Shown: piece by piece, positions 58,920 to 64,000 of the stretch
Numbering within the stretch: the first letter of the stretch is position 1
How the letters are laid out: every line of letters starts with the position of its first letter
Source of the DNA: an uncultured Candidatus Actinomarina sp.
Lineage (GTDB): Bacteria > Actinomycetota > Acidimicrobiia > Actinomarinales > Actinomarinaceae
NCBI GenBank assembly: GCA_902576605.1
Contig: CACGVI010000001.1
Coordinates: 29,429-93,428, forward strand
Reading direction: 5' to 3'
DNA length: 64,000 nt
The notes under the pieces: model-generated
Told to the model about the DNA's origin: nothing
Databases searched by the model: none
Seen by the model: only the letters and a program-made list of their open reading frames with translations
Position numbers and translations under genes: made by a program

Positions 58920-59975
58920 ATGGTGACTAAAACAATACCTTCAAAGCCAAAACCAGAGGCCAAAGAAGCTGATTTCTCTAATGAAGATACTACCTTAACT
59001 CCTGAACAGGAGAAAGCTGCTCGTGAAAAAGCAAAATCGCTAACAAAAAAATTGGCCGATGATAAAGGAAAACTTACTACAGATCTAGTTAGCCAGTATT
59101 TGACTGCAATTGGAAACTTCGACCTTTTAACAGCAGAACAAGAAGTTGAATTAGCTCAGAAAATTGAATCTGGAGAAAAAGCTGCAGTTAAGTTACAAAA
59201 GAAACAGTTTAAAGATAAAAAAGGTGAAATCCGTTTAAAAAGAGATAGAAAAAAAGGTGCCGAGGCCAAAGACGCTTTTCTTACTGCAAATTTAAGATTA
59301 GTTGTTGCTAATGCAAGAAGATATGCAAACACTTCAGGTATAGATTTTCTAGATTTAATCCAGGAAGGAAACCTTGGTTTAATACGTGCCGTTGAAAAGT
59401 TCGATTGGCGTAAGGGATTTAAATTTTCAACTTATGCAACTTGGTGGATTAGACAAGCTATTACAAGAGCTATTGCTGACAAGTCAAGAACAGTAAGAAT
59501 TCCTGTACATTTACACGATACTATGGCTGCAGTCCGTGCAGCACAAGCTCAACTTAAAGCTGAACTAGGTAGAGATCCGAAACCACAAGAGATTGCTAAA
59601 GAAGCAGGTGTAGGGGTTGATAAGGTAGAACTAGCTTTAAGTGTTGCTGATACAGTTTCTCTAGAACAACCTGTCGGTGAAGATGGAGCACAACTTGGTG
59701 ATTTTATCCAAGATGAAGATGCAAGTGATCCTTCATTAATTGTTCAAGATTTAGATGTAGCGGAAAGCCTCAGAGATAGTATTAGCAGACTTCCTGAAAG
59801 AGAAGGAAGAATCTTAGCTTTAAGATATGGTTTTTACGATGGTGTCCCAAGAACACTTGAAGAAATTGGTGAAGAGTTTGACTTGACCCGAGAAAGAATC
59901 AGACAATTAGAAAAACTCGCTCTCTGCAGACTTCGTCATCCATCTTTTGGGATTAGAGAACAAGACCTAGTCTAA
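58920..59975 (+). CDS. RNA polymerase sigma-70 family factor (group 1/2, SigA/HrdB-like, short N-terminus)
   Basis: Regions 1.2 through 4.2 are present: [18 protein letters not shown], the region 2.4 block [15 protein letters not shown] and a region 4 HTH ([20 protein letters not shown]). Lys/Glu-rich N-terminus. Confidence 0.9.
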   Translation: MVTKTIPSKPKPEAKEADFSNEDTTLTPEQEKAAREKAKSLTKKLADDKGKLTTDLVSQYLTAIGNFDLLTAEQEVELAQKIESGEKAAVKLQKKQFKDKKGEIRLKRDRKKGAEAKDAFLTANLRLVVANARRYANTSGIDFLDLIQEGNLGLIRAVEKFDWRKGFKFSTYATWWIRQAITRAIADKSRTVRIPVHLHDTMAAVRAAQAQLKAELGRDPKPQEIAKEAGVGVDKVELALSVADTVSLEQPVGEDGAQLGDFIQDEDASDPSLIVQDLDVAESLRDSISRLPEREGRILALRYGFYDGVPRTLEEIGEEFDLTRERIRQLEKLALCRLRHPSFGIREQDLV

Positions 59976-60020
59976 TTTTTTAATTTTATCTTTACTCTTT
60001 AAATTGGTAATCTATATTAC

Positions 60021-61457
60021 ATGTTCGAACATCTTGAAATTGCTATTGACTCAGCAATAGATAGCGGAGCAAAATATTCTGATGCAAGAGTATTAATTTC
60101 TAAATCAAGAAGTATTGCAGCAAAAAATGGAGAAATCGAAAATTTTAATGAGAATGAAAAAATTGGGATTGGAATTAGAGCACTAGTAGGTTCTTCTTGG
60201 GGTTTTTATTCCACATATGATTTATCTAGCGAGTCTTTAAAACAAGCAGGAAAAAAATCTTTTGAAATAGCTAAAGCATCTGCAATGGTAGCTGGAGAAG
60301 AATTACCATTTGCTGATATACCTGTAGTTGAAGATACTTATACGACTCCACACGAAGAAAATCCTTTTTCAGTCTCGAGTTCTGAACAAATCGATCTTTT
60401 AATTTCATCTACTGAAAAGATGAAAAAACTTGGTAGCTCAAGAGCTTTTGGAAGATTAGATTTTTGGGATACAGAAAAGTGGTTTGCTTCAAGTCAGGGG
60501 CACAAAATATATCAAAATATTATTGAATCCGGAGGAGGAATATCTTCATTATCAGTAGGCGATGGTGAAACCCAAATAAGGTCATACCCACAATCTTTTG
60601 GTGAATATAGAACTGGTGGCTGGGAAGTAATAAAAAGTTTTGAATTTGAAAGTCATCTAGATAGATTATCTGAGGAATCCCAAAGGCTTTTGGTAGCTCC
60701 TCAATGCCCCCAAGGAACGATGGACTTAATCCTTGAGGGTAGCCAGCTTGCTTTACAAATTCATGAATCTGTAGGGCATGCTATTGAACTTGACAGAATT
60801 TTAGGTTGGGAAGCAGCTTATGCTGGAACCTCTCATTTAGATCTAAAAAAATTAAATAAGCACAAATATGGTTCAGAATTAATGAATATAGTTGCTGACG
60901 CAACACTACCTGGAGCACTTGCAACATTTAAATACGATGACGAAGGAACTCCTGCCCAAAGAGTTGATATTGTAAAAGAAGGAATTTGGACCGGAGTTTT
61001 GTCAGGTAGAGATAGTGCTGCTGTTGCAGGGGTACCACCGGGTGGTATGGTTCGTGCAGATGGTTTTGGAAGATTGCCCATGGTAAGGATGACTAATGTT
61101 GGCTTGCTTCCAGGTGACTCATCGTTAGATGAAATTATAGAAGCTACAGATGAGGGAATCTATATGGAAACTAACCGTTCTTGGTCCATAGATGACTTAA
61201 GACTAAATTTTCAATTTGGATGTGAAGTTGGTTGGTTAGTTAAAAATGGAAAAATAATTGATATGGTAAAGAACCCAACCTATACGGGAATTACACCTGA
61301 GTTTTGGGGAAATATGGATATGTTGTCAGGTGAGGAAGAGTGGGTATTTTGGGGAACTCCAAACTGTGGCAAAGGGCAACCAAGCCAAATTGGACACACT
61401 GGACACCCAGCTTCTCCAGCAAGATTTAAAAATACGCGTATTGGAGTTCGTGGATGA
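60021..61457 (+). CDS. tldD: Metalloprotease TldD
   Basis: U62 family with the HESVGHAIELDR motif. 478 aa. Confidence 0.85.
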   Translation: MFEHLEIAIDSAIDSGAKYSDARVLISKSRSIAAKNGEIENFNENEKIGIGIRALVGSSWGFYSTYDLSSESLKQAGKKSFEIAKASAMVAGEELPFADIPVVEDTYTTPHEENPFSVSSSEQIDLLISSTEKMKKLGSSRAFGRLDFWDTEKWFASSQGHKIYQNIIESGGGISSLSVGDGETQIRSYPQSFGEYRTGGWEVIKSFEFESHLDRLSEESQRLLVAPQCPQGTMDLILEGSQLALQIHESVGHAIELDRILGWEAAYAGTSHLDLKKLNKHKYGSELMNIVADATLPGALATFKYDDEGTPAQRVDIVKEGIWTGVLSGRDSAAVAGVPPGGMVRADGFGRLPMVRMTNVGLLPGDSSLDEIIEATDEGIYMETNRSWSIDDLRLNFQFGCEVGWLVKNGKIIDMVKNPTYTGITPEFWGNMDMLSGEEEWVFWGTPNCGKGQPSQIGHTGHPASPARFKNTRIGVRG

Positions 61458-62779
61458 AAATTTGGGAAGACCTACTTCAAGATATTGAAAAAAATATTCC
61501 TTCTGATACAGAATGTGAATTAAAAATGATGCACTCAAAAAGTGCATTAACTAGGTTTGCTAATTCTCAAATTCATCAAAATGTGGATGAAGAATCTGCC
61601 GATGTATTTTTGACATTACACAATGATTCTAAAACTGTAACTATGTCAACTAACTTAACAGCATTAAAAAATCCAAAGGAATTTGTTTCTAAAGCTATGG
61701 ACTCTTTAAGTAAAAGTCCAATAGACAAAGGTTGGGCTGGCCTTCCTGATGCCTCCCAATCCTATAATGGTCTATTCAAGCTGGTTGAATCATCACCCGA
61801 GGAGAGGGCTAATAAGGTTCGAGAATTTGTTTCTGCGGGAAAACAAATGAACGCAGCAGGATACTGTTCTAGCTATATAAATAATTACTTTGTATGGAAC
61901 ACTAATGGGTTAAATTCTTCTGATTCATCTAGCAGCGCATTCATTGATGGAATATTTAGAACAGAATCATCAGCCGGATCTTCTCACAGGGGAGGAATAA
62001 CATTGTCAGACATAGAAGCTGAACGTGCTGGTAGTGAAGCAGCAAAACTAGCAAAAGACAGTGAGAACCCAGAGGACATAGAACCGGGAAACTATGAAGT
62101 AATTCTTGGTCACGAAGCAGTTAGCACTATATTGGTTTTTCTTGGAGTTTATGGTTTTAATGCAAAAAGCAAAATTGACGGTATGAGTCCGATAAACATT
62201 GATGAAAACCAGTTTGATAGCCAAATAAACATTTTTGACACTCCTGAAGATAATGAATCAATTGGGTTTAAGATTGATGCGTCCGGATCAAAGAAAAAAA
62301 ACTTAGAAGTTGTTAAAGATGGAGTTTCAAAATCTTATTTTCATACTAGGCGAACTGCTAAGGAATTAAGTGCTGAAAATACTTTTCATGAATTGTTTGG
62401 TTGGGGAGAAAATTTTGGCGGAATAGGTACAAATATTAAACTTTCGGAGGGTAATGTCTCACAAGAAGAAATGATAAAAAGTGTTAAAAAGGGTATTTAC
62501 ATAAATGAGTTTTGGTACTGCAGGGTTTTAGATCCAATCACCCAAGTTGTAACTGGGTTAAATAGAAATGGATCTTTTTTGATTGAAAACGGAAAGATAG
62601 TTAAACCTATTGGTAGATTAAGATTTACACAAAGCTTTATGGCTTCACTTGCACCTGGCAATGTTTTATCTATTGGGGATAGGTCTAGATATGCAGATTC
62701 AGAATTTGGAGAAGGCATGTTAAAAGTACCAGCCATACATTTAAAAAACTTTAATTTTACAGGTGGAGTTTCTGGATAA
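61454..62779 (+). CDS. pmbA: TldD partner protein PmbA/TldE
   Basis: U62 family paralog lacking the HExxxH motif. Translationally overlaps tldD by 4 nt. Confidence 0.8.
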   Translation: MKIWEDLLQDIEKNIPSDTECELKMMHSKSALTRFANSQIHQNVDEESADVFLTLHNDSKTVTMSTNLTALKNPKEFVSKAMDSLSKSPIDKGWAGLPDASQSYNGLFKLVESSPEERANKVREFVSAGKQMNAAGYCSSYINNYFVWNTNGLNSSDSSSSAFIDGIFRTESSAGSSHRGGITLSDIEAERAGSEAAKLAKDSENPEDIEPGNYEVILGHEAVSTILVFLGVYGFNAKSKIDGMSPINIDENQFDSQINIFDTPEDNESIGFKIDASGSKKKNLEVVKDGVSKSYFHTRRTAKELSAENTFHELFGWGENFGGIGTNIKLSEGNVSQEEMIKSVKKGIYINEFWYCRVLDPITQVVTGLNRNGSFLIENGKIVKPIGRLRFTQSFMASLAPGNVLSIGDRSRYADSEFGEGMLKVPAIHLKNFNFTGGVSG

Positions 62780-63539
62780 TAAATCATATTTTGATGGTGA
62801 TAAACCACTGATTATTCCTCATCGTGGAGGGTCAAATATAGTACCTGAGAATACACTTCATGGTCTTGAGCTAGTAATTAAAGAAGGATTTTCGCATTTT
62901 GAAACTGACTTACGTATGTCTAAAGATGGTGAAATATTCCTTCATCATGATGAAACTTTTGACAGAACGACAAATGTTTCTGGAAAAGTACAAGACTTTA
63001 ATTGGAGTGAAATTTCTAAAATTAATGCTGGTTATAAGTTTTATGAAAAAAGTCAACAAAAAAATAAAACTACTAATTTTGTAAGGTTAGTTGATGCCTT
63101 AAAAATGAGTGAAAAGTTAAAATTTAATCTTGATCTAAAGCAAACGGGAATGGCAAAAAAGGTTGTAGAAATAATAAACTCATTAAATGCAAAAGAAAGA
63201 GTATTAGTTTCTTCATTTAGCCCGAAAAGATTAGACGAGTTTTTAAATGTAAGTAAGGGAGAAATATTAACCTCCGGAACTTTTCGAGAAAATGCTATTG
63301 CACGATTTTTACCTTTACAAAAAAGAAATTTTAAGGTTCAAGCTCTCCAAGCCCCATTTAAGTGGAGGGGGATACAAGTTTATTCAAAAAAACTAGTGGA
63401 TTTTTGTAAATTAAATAATCTTCAACTACATGTATGGACTGTAAATTCAATAGAAAATTTTAAGACTTGTTTAGAAATTGGATGTGATGGTGTCATTACC
63501 GATGAACCAATTTTATTTCGTAATTATTTAAACAAATAA
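62763..63539 (+). CDS. Glycerophosphodiester phosphodiesterase
   Basis: GDPD motifs IIPHRGGS ... ENTLHGL ... FETDLRMSKDGEIFLHHDETFDRTTN. Confidence 0.8.
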   Translation: MEFLDNKSYFDGDKPLIIPHRGGSNIVPENTLHGLELVIKEGFSHFETDLRMSKDGEIFLHHDETFDRTTNVSGKVQDFNWSEISKINAGYKFYEKSQQKNKTTNFVRLVDALKMSEKLKFNLDLKQTGMAKKVVEIINSLNAKERVLVSSFSPKRLDEFLNVSKGEILTSGTFRENAIARFLPLQKRNFKVQALQAPFKWRGIQVYSKKLVDFCKLNNLQLHVWTVNSIENFKTCLEIGCDGVITDEPILFRNYLNK

Positions 63540-63547
63540 AAAAATAT

Positions 63548-64000
63548 TTAGATAGTATTTTGCTTTATAAAATCTTCAGCTTTTTTAAAAATGTGATTTT
63601 TTCTTTCTGGATTAAGACGATCAAGCGATCTTGTTAGCAGCGCAAGTCTTGGATTATTTTCATAAAACTTTCTATTCTTTTCTGTAAATTTCCAATACAA
63701 ACCATCAAGAGTGTCACACCAATCACCTTTTTTGTAGTTACTCATTTTCAGGATATAGTTTGAACCACATGTATATGGTTTTGTAGACATCATTCCTCCA
63801 TCAGCATATGTAGCCATCCCGAAAACATTCGGAACCATAACCCAATCTGAAGAGTCTATATACATTTCCATAAACCATTTATAGATTTCTTTAGGATCTA
63901 CTCCACATAAATTCATAATATTACTTATAACCATTAAACGTGGAATGTGGTGTATGTAACCATCTTTGAGGGTAGTTTTTATACAGTCATCAAGTGGATC
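63548..64000 (-). CDS. Cryptochrome/photolyase-family protein (FeS-BCP / COG3046-like), C-terminal part; gene continues past the window end
   Basis: Open minus-strand frame to the window edge (...DGYIHHIPRLMVISNIMNLCG ... DWVMVPNVFGMATYADGG ... YTCGSNYILKMS ... GDWCD). Resembles the FAD-binding C-terminal region of photolyase-related proteins that carry conserved Cys residues. Confidence 0.5.
   Translation of the reverse strand, partial: DPLDDCIKTTLKDGYIHHIPRLMVISNIMNLCGVDPKEIYKWFMEMYIDSSDWVMVPNVFGMATYADGGMMSTKPYTCGSNYILKMSNYKKGDWCDTLDGLYWKFTEKNRKFYENNPRLALLTRSLDRLNPERKNHIFKKAEDFIKQNTI

Noticed and set aside
1-64000. CRISPR arrays, transposases, integrases, phage or defence-system genes
   Set aside because: No direct-repeat arrays or mobile-element gene signatures were recognised. 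Gene content is housekeeping and metabolic with short intergenic regions.

Overview
This is a low-GC (~33%) bacterial window, coding-dense and mostly core genome, with no obvious mobile elements or CRISPR. The gene content is actinobacterial in style, notably the dnaK-grpE-dnaJ-hspR operon, an Rv0338c-like Fe-S reductase, an LLM-family oxidoreductase and Lnt. I infer a streamlined marine actinobacterium, possibly Actinomarinales-like; this is an inference, not a database result.

Recognisable genes include purA and purB, an amino-acid ABC transporter, NadE, ProC, PepN, Gnd, HflX, a SigA-like sigma factor, TldD and PmbA. There is a Bacillus-style caa3 cytochrome oxidase cluster (ctaCDEFG) with ctaB and ctaA nearby, plus Lgt, Lnt, MscS, a voltage-gated K+ channel and a Ca2+/Na+ antiporter.

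The main finding the ORF track cannot show is a selenocysteine-decoding trait, with three components:
- a tRNA-Sec gene (selC, anticodon UCA, long variable arm) on the minus strand at 57224-57315;
- selD (selenophosphate synthetase), whose true N-terminus carries an in-frame UGA (Sec) codon at 31960-31962, so the ORF track shows only the part downstream of it;
- a previously unannotated 78-codon SelW-like (Rdx-family) selenoprotein gene at 1297-1533, with an in-frame UGA at 1327-1329 in a CVVU redox motif. Its stop codon overlaps (TTGA) the TTG start of the adjacent TauE/SafE (TSUP) permease gene.

Other points worth a second look:
- an Lnt homolog whose nitrilase-type catalytic Cys is replaced by Ser;
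- an ABC permease with an inserted biotinyl/lipoyl-like barrel domain;
- a lipoprotein combining a cupredoxin domain, a beta-helix and a PLDc_N-like membrane domain;
- a perfect 7-4-7 palindrome upstream of the dnaK operon.
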